A stretch of 64,000 bases of DNA from Candidatus Dormiibacterota bacterium (GCA_035536395.1 DATLOE010000003.1:35713-99712); one strand, 5' to 3'. Shown: positions 8,489 through 17,912, counted from the first letter of the stretch. Translations and numbers: made by a program. Notes: a model not told the origin generated them from the sequence alone.

Positions 8489-9154
8489 TTAGCTCTTAAG
8501 CCGAGAGTACTCGGCAATAAGCTTTACCTTATCCTTAAAGTCAGGGGTCGCGCGCCACTTACTCAGTAGCTGCTTGTCTGTCCTTAGGCTATATGAAGCC
8601 CTAGATTTTTCCGCGCTTAAATCTTTAAGCAGTAAGTCGGTCATTAATTCCATAAATAATCTATTTTGGCCCTTACCAATGTCAACTTTGGATTGCCTAA
8701 TATATTCGATAATATATAAATGCATCAGCTCATGCAGTAGCGGATCTATAAAGTTCGGCCAGTCATAATAAAGATCAATGCGTTTTTTATCCGAGAAAGC
8801 AATATGCGGAGGAATTGCCGACAGGCCAATAATACAAATACCAGAAATTTTTACTGGTACAGTTGCTTCACAAATTTTTATTACTCCCCCTCCGTCTTGA
8901 GTCAGTTGTTTTTGCAACCGATCTTTTGCCTTTGCAAATAAGCCTCTGTTTTGCTTATAAAAGTTATCAAAGTAATCTTCTAGCGGTTTGAGCGCGCTTC
9001 CTTTTGGATAGGTCTGATAAATATTGGCGAGATCAGGATGCCGACTCACTATCACATTATAGTAGCTTAATCCTGACCACTCAGGCATTGAATATCCAAA
9101 TGCCCCTGCCTTAAGCGGGTCAAAATCCTTTGCCAGTTGGATTGTAAACTTCAT
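8489..9154 (-). CDS. Cytoplasmic HExxH-motif protein, a putative zinc metallohydrolase of unknown family
   Basis: 221 aa containing DPLLHELMHLYIIEY. A TATAAT at 9169..9164 lies only about 10 nt upstream of the ATG, so the transcript is probably leaderless. Confidence 0.45.
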   Translation of the reverse strand: MKFTIQLAKDFDPLKAGAFGYSMPEWSGLSYYNVIVSRHPDLANIYQTYPKGSALKPLEDYFDNFYKQNRGLFAKAKDRLQKQLTQDGGGVIKICEATVPVKISGICIIGLSAIPPHIAFSDKKRIDLYYDWPNFIDPLLHELMHLYIIEYIRQSKVDIGKGQNRLFMELMTDLLLKDLSAEKSRASYSLRTDKQLLSKWRATPDFKDKVKLIAEYSRLKS

Positions 9155-9210
9155 AGACCATCTATTATAAAGAAAAATGGCCAGTTTGGAGACATGGCCA
9201 GGTCTTTTTT

Positions 9211-9366
9211 CTACTTGTCCTCCCAGCCAGGGTATATCCGCTCCATGGCCTCGTCGGACTTCTGCTCGTCAGAGGCAGAACCCGGAGGGGAGGAGGGAGA
9301 TGAGGAAGAACCAGAGGAATCCGAGCTCTCTGAGCCCGAGGAACCGCTACTGGACTCTCCGTCCAT
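9211..9366 (-). CDS. Ser/Gly-rich acidic 51 aa micro-ORF (uncertain)
   Basis: MDGESSSGSSGSESSDSSGSSSSPSSPPGSASDEQKSDEAMERIYPGWEDK with AAAGGAG 5 nt upstream of the ATG. It competes with the low-complexity track ORFs 9137..9400 (+) and 9165..9482 (-). Confidence 0.3.
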   Translation of the reverse strand: MDGESSSGSSGSESSDSSGSSSSPSSPPGSASDEQKSDEAMERIYPGWEDK

Positions 9367-9547
9367 TTGCACTCCTTTGTCTGGGCATCCAATTTTTTAA
9401 GCTGCCGGACTATCCGGCCTCTTGTCGTATTGGGCGCCGTTTGATAGGTGCTTGGAGGGGATAGGCAGAGCCTAGACGCCATCTCCGTAGCAGTACGCTA
9501 ACTTATACAACAATTACTGCAATTATTCAATAGATGAGTAGCTATGT

Positions 9548-9886
9548 TTACAAATAAAACGCCAAGATGCCATGTTCGGCAATTTTTTCTCTATAGCCCT
9601 GAAAGCCATAATAAACCTTTTCGGCTTCCTCTAGGGATTCTATACCTGGCATAACCTTGCCAAAATCACCTGATTTATAGATGTCTTCTACAGATTTATA
9701 GTGCCTAATGTCTTTCACGGTCTTTTCGATCGTGTCGCTACCGCATTTGATTACTAACGTATCGCCAACTTCGATTTTCTTAAACTTAACTGTGCCAGCG
9801 CGGGTTTCTACCGTCTTCCGCCCCACCCGAATATCTTCGAACTCATCCTTATCCCCCGCCCTGAATCTTAGAATATGCTTTTTCAT
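9548..9886 (-). CDS. ASCH/PUA-like small domain protein
   Basis: 112 aa beginning MKKHILRFRAGDKDEFEDIRVGRKTVETRAG, a pattern that resembles ASCH domains. Assigned from memory. Confidence 0.4.
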   Translation of the reverse strand: MKKHILRFRAGDKDEFEDIRVGRKTVETRAGTVKFKKIEVGDTLVIKCGSDTIEKTVKDIRHYKSVEDIYKSGDFGKVMPGIESLEEAEKVYYGFQGYREKIAEHGILAFYL

Positions 9887-9922
9887 TTTGCCCCCACTGT
9901 GGATAAATCTATTGTCATAGCG

Positions 9923-9948
9923 CTTATGCTTGCTACAATAAGCATAAG
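9923..9948. promoter_or_regulatory. Perfect 9 bp inverted repeat CTTATGCTT-N8-AAGCATAAG, an operator-like site
   Basis: cgCTTATGCTTgctacaatAAGCATAAGta lies 37-62 nt upstream of the ATG at 9886. Confidence 0.45.
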
Positions 9949-10013
9949 TATAATATTCAGAACTAATGCGAGTGGGGAGTGTAGTTGCTTCCCTCTCGTT
10001 TTTTGATCCTTAA

Positions 10014-10214
10014 CTAGTCGTTAAGAAGATCATTAAGCGAGTCTTTGCCGCGCCGCTCGAGCAGCGTGTCGAGATACATATCAGAGCGAACATTAAAGTC
10101 CACCCCATATTGCTCCTCGATCGTGCGTACGTGGGTATCCCCACGCTTCTCACGAAGCGGGCCTCTGGAGTTTCGGGAGCGGTGACCCCGCATCCCTGGA
10201 GCATCCTTAGCCAT
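10014..10214 (-). CDS. Small hypothetical protein (66 aa from MAKDAPG; the track ORF extends to 10265)
   Basis: A GAAAGG ribosome-binding site precedes the internal ATG, and the protein is basic. The motif copy CTTATGCTTGCTAC lies at 10362-10375. Confidence 0.35.
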   Translation of the reverse strand: MAKDAPGMRGHRSRNSRGPLREKRGDTHVRTIEEQYGVDFNVRSDMYLDTLLERRGKDSLNDLLND

Positions 10215-10361
10215 TGCAAGCCTTTCTAGCCGGTGTCTTAAGGTGTTTATCCGGCCAGTCCTCAACCGAACACCACACCGTAAAGGAGAGAGGCCTCCCC
10301 ACTCACATCAATTCTCAAGGAATGAATACTAGGTTAGCAAAAACTCACGTGTCGCACAATA

Positions 10362-10375
10362 CTTATGCTTGCTAC
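10362..10375. promoter_or_regulatory. Motif copy CTTATGCTTGCTAC
   Basis: A 14 nt stretch identical to 9923-9936. Confidence 0.35.
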
Positions 10376-11058
10376 TTGAGGTAGTTGGGCAAGGCTTGGC
10401 GGTTTGGCAGCCACTTAGTATACCAACCAAGCAGTTCCGGAGGCAAAAGACTGTCATGCAATTCAGTACCGATGAAAGAATGCAATTCGTCAGTAAAATC
10501 AGTAGATCCCGGCAGCACACCCCTATGATGGTATGATGCAGTGCGTTGATCAAACGCCGCTTTGTGCTGACCATACACAATATTTAAATATGGGGTCAGG
10601 CGGTTTCTTTCAGATTCTGAACTAATAAACCACACGTAATGTAGATATTCATGGGCTAAAGTTGCCCTTTGCTCTAATAAATCTCTCTGTAAAATCTCCG
10701 GCGCCAAGTAAATAGTGCCGTCTTTAATAGCGCCATAGGCATGATATGAAGCTGCAAAGCAGCCTGTAGAGCCTGGTGGGCAACCCATTGGAAGAGGGGC
10801 AATCCTAGCCTTTGTTCTTAGTAAATCGTCTCGATTAATACCTAAATCTGCGCCCCACTGCTCAATGCGGCGATCAAGAACAAACTTAGGGTCAATCGGG
10901 AAAGAGCCAAGTCCTATTCTTGGGTTATAGCCTATCTTCTCTCGCACACTCTTGATAAGAGGGTGCTCAATCGCCGTGGGATCCAAGACCAAGCCAATTG
11001 CTAACACGGCAATGATGACTGCAACCTTAAAGCCCGTTTTGAAAACATGCTTTTTCAT
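10372..11058 (-). CDS. Secreted or membrane-anchored HExxH-motif protein, a putative zinc metallopeptidase
   Basis: N-terminal hydrophobic segment VAVIIAVLAIGLVL and the motif TLAHEYLHYVWF. Confidence 0.5.
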   Translation of the reverse strand: MKKHVFKTGFKVAVIIAVLAIGLVLDPTAIEHPLIKSVREKIGYNPRIGLGSFPIDPKFVLDRRIEQWGADLGINRDDLLRTKARIAPLPMGCPPGSTGCFAASYHAYGAIKDGTIYLAPEILQRDLLEQRATLAHEYLHYVWFISSESERNRLTPYLNIVYGQHKAAFDQRTASYHHRGVLPGSTDFTDELHSFIGTELHDSLLPPELLGWYTKWLPNRQALPNYLK

Positions 11059-11071
11059 CTTTTAGAAGTTA

Positions 11072-11839
11072 CTAGCTTTCTTTCTGATCCCAAATAATTA
11101 CTTCTTTGTGCAACTCTTGAACTGACTGAAGATAGAAGAGCATATCGCGAGCAGCTCTCTCGACTACATATCCGCGAAGTGAACGCCAATTTTCAACATT
11201 ATCTTGCGACCAGTCTTTTTCAGGAGAATTCAGTAAGAAAGGAAAAAGATTCACATTTTTCTCTAGTTCGGTTAATGCACGTCTTACTTTGAGCATTTTT
11301 GCATAAACGGTTTTTGGCATCACAGAAGAATAATACTGTAGATTCTCATTGGCTGATTTTCTTAATTCTTCAATATTTTTTATTAGGCTGTCCCACTTGT
11401 CGGGTGGTAGCTTAGTCATAGCTTGACCCAGGTCAATTGCAATTAAATTACTGAGTATAGCCTCTTGTGCAGCTTTAGTGGATTCTTCCTGACGGTCGGT
11501 ATCAATTTTGTATTGGGTTATATCAAAGCCTAAAGGTGATGACACCCAGATGATAAGCGTATTACGAAGTCTTTTCATATCCTCAAGGGCGGATTCCATG
11601 CCCTCGCGAAGGCTAAGCTTATCCTTCCTATCCTTCAGTACCTCGATGAAAAATACGGTGAGCAGGGAGCTAAAGGCGCCGGCAGAGAGGTTAAGGGTCA
11701 TGTCACTCCACCGAAAGTGCTTTTCCTGATAGCCTAATGCCACAAAGAGTCCAACCGACATCACCAAAAGGGCGAGAAAAATAATGATATTAGCACGAGA
11801 GTAAAGGAGCCTGTAAAATTTCCTAAAGGCCCGACGCAT
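11072..11839 (-). CDS. Membrane protein with two N-terminal TM segments and a long cytoplasmic helical region, unknown function
   Basis: 255 aa. Its start is 3 nt downstream of the rpsJ stop, so it is probably co-transcribed with tuf-rpsJ. Confidence 0.5.
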   Translation of the reverse strand: MRRAFRKFYRLLYSRANIIIFLALLVMSVGLFVALGYQEKHFRWSDMTLNLSAGAFSSLLTVFFIEVLKDRKDKLSLREGMESALEDMKRLRNTLIIWVSSPLGFDITQYKIDTDRQEESTKAAQEAILSNLIAIDLGQAMTKLPPDKWDSLIKNIEELRKSANENLQYYSSVMPKTVYAKMLKVRRALTELEKNVNLFPFLLNSPEKDWSQDNVENWRSLRGYVVERAARDMLFYLQSVQELHKEVIIWDQKES

Positions 11840-11842
11840 ACA

Positions 11843-12184
11843 TTACATCTTAATTTCTATGTCCACCCCAGCGGGGAGGTTCAAATTCATCAGGTTGTCT
11901 ACGGTCTTTGGCGTAGGCTCTGTAATGTCTATTAAGCGCTTATGTGTGCGCATCTCAAACTGTTCCCGCGCTTTCTTAAAAATGTGCGGGCTTTTAATAA
12001 CGGTAGTCACGTTTCTATCTGTCGGCAGCGGAATCGGCCCGGCCACTTTGGCGCCGGTACGAATCGCCGTATCTAGAATCTGCTTGGCAGACTGATCTAT
12101 CACCTTATTGTCATACGCCTTTAAGCGAATGCGTATTCTCTGTTTGGGTGCTTCAGTATTTTCTTTCTTTTTTGCTTCTGCCAA
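11843..12184 (-). CDS. rpsJ: 30S ribosomal protein S10
   Basis: Contains [22 protein letters not shown]...HKRLIDI. Confidence 0.95.
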   Translation of the reverse strand: MAEAKKKENTEAPKQRIRIRLKAYDNKVIDQSAKQILDTAIRTGAKVAGPIPLPTDRNVTTVIKSPHIFKKAREQFEMRTHKRLIDITEPTPKTVDNLMNLNLPAGVDIEIKM

Positions 12185-12209
12185 GGTGCTATAGTTCCGT
12201 TATTATCCG

Positions 12210-13388
12210 TTACTTTAAGATCTTACTTACGACACCGGCACCTACTGTGCGTCCGCCTTCGCGAATAGCAAAGCGCAGACCGTCTTCCATGGCAATTGGG
12301 GCAATCAGCTTAACTTTAACGCTGATGTTATCGCCCGGCATGACCATTTCTGTGCCCTCCGGCAGGGTAACCTCGCCGGTAACATCGGTGGTACGAATGT
12401 AGAACTGAGGCTTGTAACCCTTGAAGAATGGGGTGTGACGTCCGCCTTCCTCTTTCTTCAGTACGTATACTTCTGCGTCGAACTCAGTGTGAGGGGTAAT
12501 AGTACCGGGCTTAGCCAGAACCTGGCCGCGCTCAATGTCATCGCGCTCAATACCGCGCAACAGGGCGCCAACGTTATCGCCGGCCTGTGCGTCTGGCAGA
12601 AGCTTCTTGAACATTTCTACCCCGGTAATCACGGTCTTCTTGGTAGCATTAATGCCGACAATTTCGACTTCGTCGTTTACAGCCAGCTTACCGCGCTCAA
12701 TACGGCCGGTAGCAACTGTACCGCGGCCTTTAATAGAGAACACGTCTTCTACCGGCATTAAGAACGGCTTTTCTACATCGCGCTTTGGCTCTGGTACGTA
12801 GGAATCCAGGGCGTCCATAAGGTCGGTAATGCTTTTTTCAGCATCGGCGTCGCCTTCTAGCGCTTTAAGAGCAGAACCCTTAACAATCGGGGTGTCATCG
12901 CCCGGAAAGTCATACTTCTTCAGTAAATCACGGATTTCGAGCTCTACCAGCTCAGCCAGCTCTGGGTCGGCCATATCCATCTTGTTCATGTAAACAATGA
13001 TGTAAGGCACACCAACCTGACGGGCAAGCAGAATGTGCTCGCGGGTCTGGGGCATTGGGCCATCGGCAGCTGAAACCACAAGAATAGCGGCATCCATCTG
13101 GGCGGCTCCGGTAATCATGTTCTTAACGTAGTCGGCGTGGCCTGGGCAGTCTACGTGGGCGTAGTGCCTTTTGTCTGTTTCGTACTCCTGATGAGAAGTA
13201 GCAATAGTAATACCGCGCTCTTTCTCTTCTGGAGCGTTATCAATATCTTCGTATTTGCGGGCCGTAGCCTGACCTGATTTGCTAAGTACGTGTGTAATAG
13301 CGGCTGTCAGGGTAGTTTTGCCGTGGTCAACGTGGCCAATGGTGCCGACATTGATGTGGGGCTTGGTACGTGTAAATGTTTCTGCCAT
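12210..13388 (-). CDS. tuf: Elongation factor Tu
   Basis: Contains [10 protein letters not shown] and DCPGHADY. Length 392 aa. Confidence 0.97.
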   Translation of the reverse strand: MAETFTRTKPHINVGTIGHVDHGKTTLTAAITHVLSKSGQATARKYEDIDNAPEEKERGITIATSHQEYETDKRHYAHVDCPGHADYVKNMITGAAQMDAAILVVSAADGPMPQTREHILLARQVGVPYIIVYMNKMDMADPELAELVELEIRDLLKKYDFPGDDTPIVKGSALKALEGDADAEKSITDLMDALDSYVPEPKRDVEKPFLMPVEDVFSIKGRGTVATGRIERGKLAVNDEVEIVGINATKKTVITGVEMFKKLLPDAQAGDNVGALLRGIERDDIERGQVLAKPGTITPHTEFDAEVYVLKKEEGGRHTPFFKGYKPQFYIRTTDVTGEVTLPEGTEMVMPGDNISVKVKLIAPIAMEDGLRFAIREGGRTVGAGVVSKILK

Positions 13389-13501
13389 TTCTTCTCCTTA
13401 TGGGCTGTTTCATTTCAGATTGTTAACCCCGTGAGGACGATCAGCTATCTGAAATGAAGATTTAGTTAACAAAAAATAATGTCCGGTAATCGAACCATTA
13501 A

Positions 13502-13530
13502 ATTATAGGGAGAAGTTCTCCTTTTGTAAA
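13502..13530 (-). promoter_or_regulatory. Consensus sigma70 promoter for tuf (TTTACA, 17 nt spacer, TATAAT)
   Basis: On the minus strand: tttacaaaaggagaacttctccctataat. An about 110 nt 5' UTR follows, containing a 10 bp hairpin at 13411-13420 / 13447-13456. Confidence 0.45.
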
Positions 13531-13547
13531 GGGGGTAAAAAGGAAAA

Positions 13548-13572
13548 GCGGCCCGCTAATTGCGCGAGCCGC
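13548..13572 (-). terminator. Rho-independent terminator after the 143 aa gene
   Basis: On the minus strand: GCGGCTCGC-gcaatta-GCGGGCCGC followed by TTTTCCTTTTT. Confidence 0.5.
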
Positions 13573-14003
13573 TATGTGGCAAACCTTTCTGTACGCTGCC
13601 TGGAGACGACAACCATCTTAATGTACCTATCTGCCAGCTGGGCGTACATTTCCTGCTCCTCCTCAGTAAACCGCTGATTAATGATTATCGGCGCTAAATC
13701 GGCAGTAAATCGGATAGCATACGCCTCTATACTTGGCAGATACTTAAGAATCGCGTGGTGAGCACGCAGGTTTTCATCTAGCTCCGGGTAGTAACAGGTG
13801 CCCAAATTGAGCTTCCCGTACCACATCGCCTCAGCTTCGGGCCGGCCCTCTTTCTTCCACTGCTTTACCTGTTCTAGCATCGGCATAAGATACTGGTGGT
13901 GAATATTACCTCCAGCCGGTATTTCTGTAACGCCTCTCTGTGCCAGTGCACAGCAAAAACCTAGGAAAAAGTGTAGAGTAGGGTGCTCTTCCATGCTCCT
14001 CAC
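13572..14003 (-). CDS. Hypothetical protein (143 aa)
   Basis: An ORF with its own terminator. No recognisable motif. Confidence 0.45.
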   Translation of the reverse strand: MRSMEEHPTLHFFLGFCCALAQRGVTEIPAGGNIHHQYLMPMLEQVKQWKKEGRPEAEAMWYGKLNLGTCYYPELDENLRAHHAILKYLPSIEAYAIRFTADLAPIIINQRFTEEEQEMYAQLADRYIKMVVVSRQRTERFAT

Positions 14004-14149
14004 CTCGCTCGAAAATGTGTATATGCAACCCAGCTTTGTGCTCGGTTGGCTCGATTATAACAGATAAAACCGAAACCTGGCCTTATAGGGTATAATGGGT
14101 TCGATTTGGAATAAACCAAGTTGACCCTCTACAAGCGAAAGCGAGCCGC

Positions 14150-15112
14150 ATGAAGCTCAGAGATATGGAGTTCGGCAATGTCTTCTGTGCTCCGGGTGCT
14201 CGCGGCTTCGGCGGCGAGGGCTACCCGTTCCACAAGGCAGCCCGGCTGCTAGGTATGACCTGGAAAGGCACCACATTCGTAGCCAAAACCATGACCATGA
14301 GAGCCTGTATCGGCAACCTGCCGCTAAAGGGTGACGGGATGACACCGAAAGAGAAGCGGCCGAGGTCGGTTGTAGTTAAGCCATTCAGCGGGCACGTGCT
14401 GAATGCAGCCGGCCTGAGTAATCCGGGTGCGGCCTGGCTGTTTTCCCGAGCTGGGTGGAATAACCTCACGGAGCCTTTCGTGCTCTCCTTTATGGCGGCT
14501 GAGGAAACCCCGGAAGCGCGAATGAATGAGCTGAACCAGTTCGTAACAGTGTTCGAACATTACCTGTACGCACTGAGTGATTTCCAGGCACCGGTGGCGC
14601 TTCAGCTGAACTTCGGTTGCCCAAATATGAGCTTTAGGGCCGACGCACTGCTAGATGAAATCCGCGAAATGCTAGAACTCGCCTCTGGACTGAGCATTCC
14701 CCTGATTGCCAACTTCAGCCCGGTGACGCCAGAGCAGGTAGTTGCCCAGACGGCCTCACACCCGGCTTGTGACGCGCTCTGGATTGCCAACACCGTACCA
14801 TGGGGCTACCCCGAGATCGATTGGCAAAGGATCTTCGGTACAGAAGCTTCACCACTAAGAGAGCAGGGCTTTGAGCAGAGCGGAGGCTTAAGCGGCCCGG
14901 CCTGCCTGCCGCTCACGGCCGCACTGGTTAAGAAAGCCCGGGAGTACGGCATAAGTAAGCCAATCGTAGCCGGCAATGGCATTCAGCGAGCAGAAGACGT
15001 ATTACTGCTGAAGGATGTCGGCGCAGATGCCATAGCGCTTGGTATAGTTGGTATGGTTCGCCCCTGGAGGATGCGCGGCATCATCCGTACTGCAAATGAG
15101 GTGCTCGCCTAA
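14150..15112 (+). CDS. Dihydroorotate dehydrogenase-family (PyrD-like) TIM-barrel flavoenzyme
   Basis: Matches to class 1 DHOD motifs: NAAGLSNPG, NFGCPN, GGLSGP, VAGNGI. Confidence 0.55.
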   Translation: MKLRDMEFGNVFCAPGARGFGGEGYPFHKAARLLGMTWKGTTFVAKTMTMRACIGNLPLKGDGMTPKEKRPRSVVVKPFSGHVLNAAGLSNPGAAWLFSRAGWNNLTEPFVLSFMAAEETPEARMNELNQFVTVFEHYLYALSDFQAPVALQLNFGCPNMSFRADALLDEIREMLELASGLSIPLIANFSPVTPEQVVAQTASHPACDALWIANTVPWGYPEIDWQRIFGTEASPLREQGFEQSGGLSGPACLPLTAALVKKAREYGISKPIVAGNGIQRAEDVLLLKDVGADAIALGIVGMVRPWRMRGIIRTANEVLA

Positions 15113-15155
15113 ATAAAAAAGCCCCTGACTTAGAAGTCGGGGGCTTTCGCCTTTT
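15111..15155. terminator. Bidirectional intrinsic terminator between the convergent PyrD-like gene and fusA
   Basis: gcccctgactt-ag-aagtcgggggc, flanked by an A-run on the 5' side and a T-run on the 3' side. Confidence 0.6.
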
Positions 15156-17235
15156 AAGCCTTGGCTGTGCGCTTACCTATAATTTCTTCAGCCACATTCG
15201 GCGGCACTTCCTCGTAATGATCAAATTCCATCGAGTTCGAGGCCCGGCCTTGGGTCATTGAACGCAGAGTGGTGGTGTAGCCGAACATCTCTGCCAGCGG
15301 CACGAACGCGTCTACCACCTTGGCCTGGCCACGGTCATCCATTTTCTCTATCCGCCCGCGCTTGGAGTTAAGATCACCGATAACATCACCCATAAACTCC
15401 TCGGGTGTTACCACCTCTACCTTCATGACTGGCTCGAGCAGTACCGGGCTGGCCTGCTTTACGCCGGCCTGCAGTGCCATGGAACCGGCAATCTTAAAGG
15501 CCATTTCGCTAGAGTCTACATCGTGGTACGAGCCATCGTAGAGCTTAACGTGCACATCTACCACCGGGTAGCCGGCCAGAACACCATTCTGCAAAGCTTC
15601 TTTTACACCCTGCTCAACTGGGGCAATGTATTCGCGCGGAATATTACCGCCGGTAATAGCGTTCTTGAATTCAAAGCCTGCGCCCGGCTCCTGCGGGGTC
15701 AGCTCCAGCCAGACATGGCCGTACTGGCCGCGGCCGCCGGATTGGCGAATGTACTTGCCTTCGATCTTGGCCGGCTTGCGAATGGTTTCGCGGTAAGCCA
15801 CCTGCGGGCGGCCAATATTGGCCTCTACCTTAAACTCACGCTTCATACGATCTACAATAATATCCAGGTGCAGCTCGCCCATACCAGAAATCAAAGTCTG
15901 GTTGGTTTCGTGATTAGTCGTCATTCTAAATGTCGGATCTTCCTCGGCCAGGCGCTGCAGAGCAATACTCATCTTCTCTTGGTCGGCCTTGGTCTTCGGC
16001 TCGATGGCGATGGAAATAACCGGCTCTGGGAAGGTGATAGATTCCAGTACAATCGGGTGAGCCGGATCGCACAAGGTATTACCAGTAGTGGTAGCCTTAA
16101 GCCCCACGGCGGCGGCGATTTCGCCCGAATAGACCTCGCTGACTTCCTCGCGGTGGTTTGCGTGCATTCTAAGTATTCGCCCCAGCCGCTCCTTTTCGCC
16201 CGTGCTGGAGTTTAGGATATATGAGCCGGATTTTAATACACCCGAGTACACACGGAAAAAAGCCAGCTTACCCACGAACGGGTCGGCGGCGATCTTAAAG
16301 GCCAGGGCAGCAAACGGCTCTTCGTCTGATGCCTTACGGGTAATCTCATCGCCGCTTTTAGGCTCGATACCAGTAATTTCTGGCACATCCAGCGGGCTGG
16401 GCAGGTATGCATTTACGGCATCAAGCAGCTGCTGCACGCCTTTGTTCTTTAGGGCCGAACCACATAATACGGGGTAGATTTCGTTAGCAAGTACCGCCTT
16501 GCGCAGACCGGCCACGATATCTTCAGGACTTAGGTCACCAGCTTCTATGTATTTATCTAGCAAGGCCTCATCGGTCTCGGCTACCCGCTCTACCAAAGTG
16601 TGGCGGTACTCAGCGGCTTTTTCCTTCATGTCTTCTGGAATCTCAGCTTCGTCAAAAACCTTACCGAGGTCGTCTTTAAAGATAATCGCCTTCATATTTA
16701 CTAGGTCTATAATTCCTTTGAATCCACCCTCTGTGCCAATCGGCAGCTGTATGGCTACAGCCTTTTTGCTTAGGCGATCCCAAATGCTTTTAAGGTCGGC
16801 AAAAAAATCGGCACCGGTACGATCGAGCTTGTTTACAAAGCAAATGCGCGGCACTTCATATTTGTCGGCCTGGCGCCAAACGGTTTCTGATTGCGGTTCA
16901 ACACCAGCAACCCCATCAAAAACCGTTACTCCGCCATCTAGCACCCGCAAGCTGCGCTCTACCTCTACGGTAAAATCTACGTGGCCCGGGGTATCGATGA
17001 TGTTAATGCGGTGATCTTGCCAGAAGCAAGTGGTAGCAGCCGAGGTAATAGTAATGCCGCGCTCCTGCTCTTGCTCCATCCAGTCCATGGTGGCTTCACC
17101 CTCATGCACCTCACCGATTTTGTGGGTGCGACCGGTGTAAAACAAAACCCGCTCGGTAACTGTCGTTTTACCGGCGTCGATGTGGGCGATGATGCCTATA
17201 TTCCTGGTTTTTTCTAAGCTATATTCTCTGGCCAT
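15154..17235 (-). CDS. fusA: Elongation factor G
   Basis: 693 aa containing AHIDAGKTT. Confidence 0.97.
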   Translation of the reverse strand: MAREYSLEKTRNIGIIAHIDAGKTTVTERVLFYTGRTHKIGEVHEGEATMDWMEQEQERGITITSAATTCFWQDHRINIIDTPGHVDFTVEVERSLRVLDGGVTVFDGVAGVEPQSETVWRQADKYEVPRICFVNKLDRTGADFFADLKSIWDRLSKKAVAIQLPIGTEGGFKGIIDLVNMKAIIFKDDLGKVFDEAEIPEDMKEKAAEYRHTLVERVAETDEALLDKYIEAGDLSPEDIVAGLRKAVLANEIYPVLCGSALKNKGVQQLLDAVNAYLPSPLDVPEITGIEPKSGDEITRKASDEEPFAALAFKIAADPFVGKLAFFRVYSGVLKSGSYILNSSTGEKERLGRILRMHANHREEVSEVYSGEIAAAVGLKATTTGNTLCDPAHPIVLESITFPEPVISIAIEPKTKADQEKMSIALQRLAEEDPTFRMTTNHETNQTLISGMGELHLDIIVDRMKREFKVEANIGRPQVAYRETIRKPAKIEGKYIRQSGGRGQYGHVWLELTPQEPGAGFEFKNAITGGNIPREYIAPVEQGVKEALQNGVLAGYPVVDVHVKLYDGSYHDVDSSEMAFKIAGSMALQAGVKQASPVLLEPVMKVEVVTPEEFMGDVIGDLNSKRGRIEKMDDRGQAKVVDAFVPLAEMFGYTTTLRSMTQGRASNSMEFDHYEEVPPNVAEEIIGKRTAKA

Positions 17236-17312
17236 GCTTCATAAATTAAAAATGGGCGTCGGCTGACACCTTGAATAGTCTATCTTATATAACCGGTTTA
17301 TTCAATAGAAAA

Positions 17313-17336
17313 GCGGGGTAACAAACGTTACCCCGC
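17313..17336 (-). terminator. Intrinsic terminator (gcggggtaac-aaac-gttaccccgc followed by TTTTCTATT on the minus strand)
   Basis: Seen in the sequence. It lies downstream of the 163 aa gene and upstream of the fusA promoter region. Confidence 0.55.
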
Positions 17337-17342
17337 ATGTAG

Positions 17343-17834
17343 CTAAAAGCGATGGTCTTTTACCTCACGCCCTATTATCTGTACCTTACCGCAGCAGATG
17401 ACAAAATACTTCTTTTCCCAAGTATCACCATCGACACTATCGAAGGTTTGCTCGTACGACCTAATAAGCGGCTGAGACGCTCCGCAGCTAGGGCACTCCT
17501 CGTGCTTAACTTCTGCCAGCGTCTGGACTAGCCGTCTGTTTTCGGCCACCTCTACCTCCTCCGGCAGAAGCAATTCCACCAGCAGAGGGTAGCCATCTGA
17601 GTCCATAAAGGTATAGTGAGCACCATACTTGCCTGGATCTGCGGTATTCCAGCATCTTGGCAATGCCGCCAAGATTTCTTTTATCTCTTTCAGTTCCTGG
17701 GCTCTTTGGTGGGTTTCATTTAGATATGCCTGAGCCTGCCCTCGCTTGTAATTGAGTTCCTCTACTTCAGCCTCGAACTCATCAGACGGGAGCAGGCCTG
17801 TGCCCTGGGCGGTTCTGACAGCTGTAAGGTTCAT
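17343..17834 (-). CDS. Hypothetical protein with a C-terminal Cys cluster (CPSCG...CCG), possibly a zinc ribbon
   Basis: 163 aa. No known family recognised. Confidence 0.45.
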   Translation of the reverse strand: MNLTAVRTAQGTGLLPSDEFEAEVEELNYKRGQAQAYLNETHQRAQELKEIKEILAALPRCWNTADPGKYGAHYTFMDSDGYPLLVELLLPEEVEVAENRRLVQTLAEVKHEECPSCGASQPLIRSYEQTFDSVDGDTWEKKYFVICCGKVQIIGREVKDHRF

Positions 17835-17891
17835 CTTCTCTCCAATCGAAAGTAGGTAGCGACATCATACAGCCTGCGGGTGAGAGGTTCT

Positions 17892-17909
17892 AGTCAAAAC
17901 CTTTTGACT
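17892..17909. promoter_or_regulatory. Perfect palindrome AGTCAAAA-cc-TTTTGACT
   Basis: An 8 bp inverted repeat with a 2 nt spacer, immediately downstream of the wHTH-Nudix gene and upstream of the 163 aa gene. Confidence 0.35.
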
Positions 17910-17912
17910 AAG

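Noticed and set aside
9137-9482. Track ORFs 9137..9400 (+, 87 aa) and 9165..9482 (-, 105 aa)
   Set aside because: Their starts overlap neighbouring genes and lack ribosome-binding sites. Their composition is low-complexity. A shorter minus-strand ORF with a strong SD explains the region better, though even that is uncertain.
11931-11945. Motif-like string gcgcttatgtgtgcg inside rpsJ, and cttatgcg near 47334
   Set aside because: These are imperfect matches (ATGT or ATGCG instead of ATGCT) inside coding sequence, and are probably chance.
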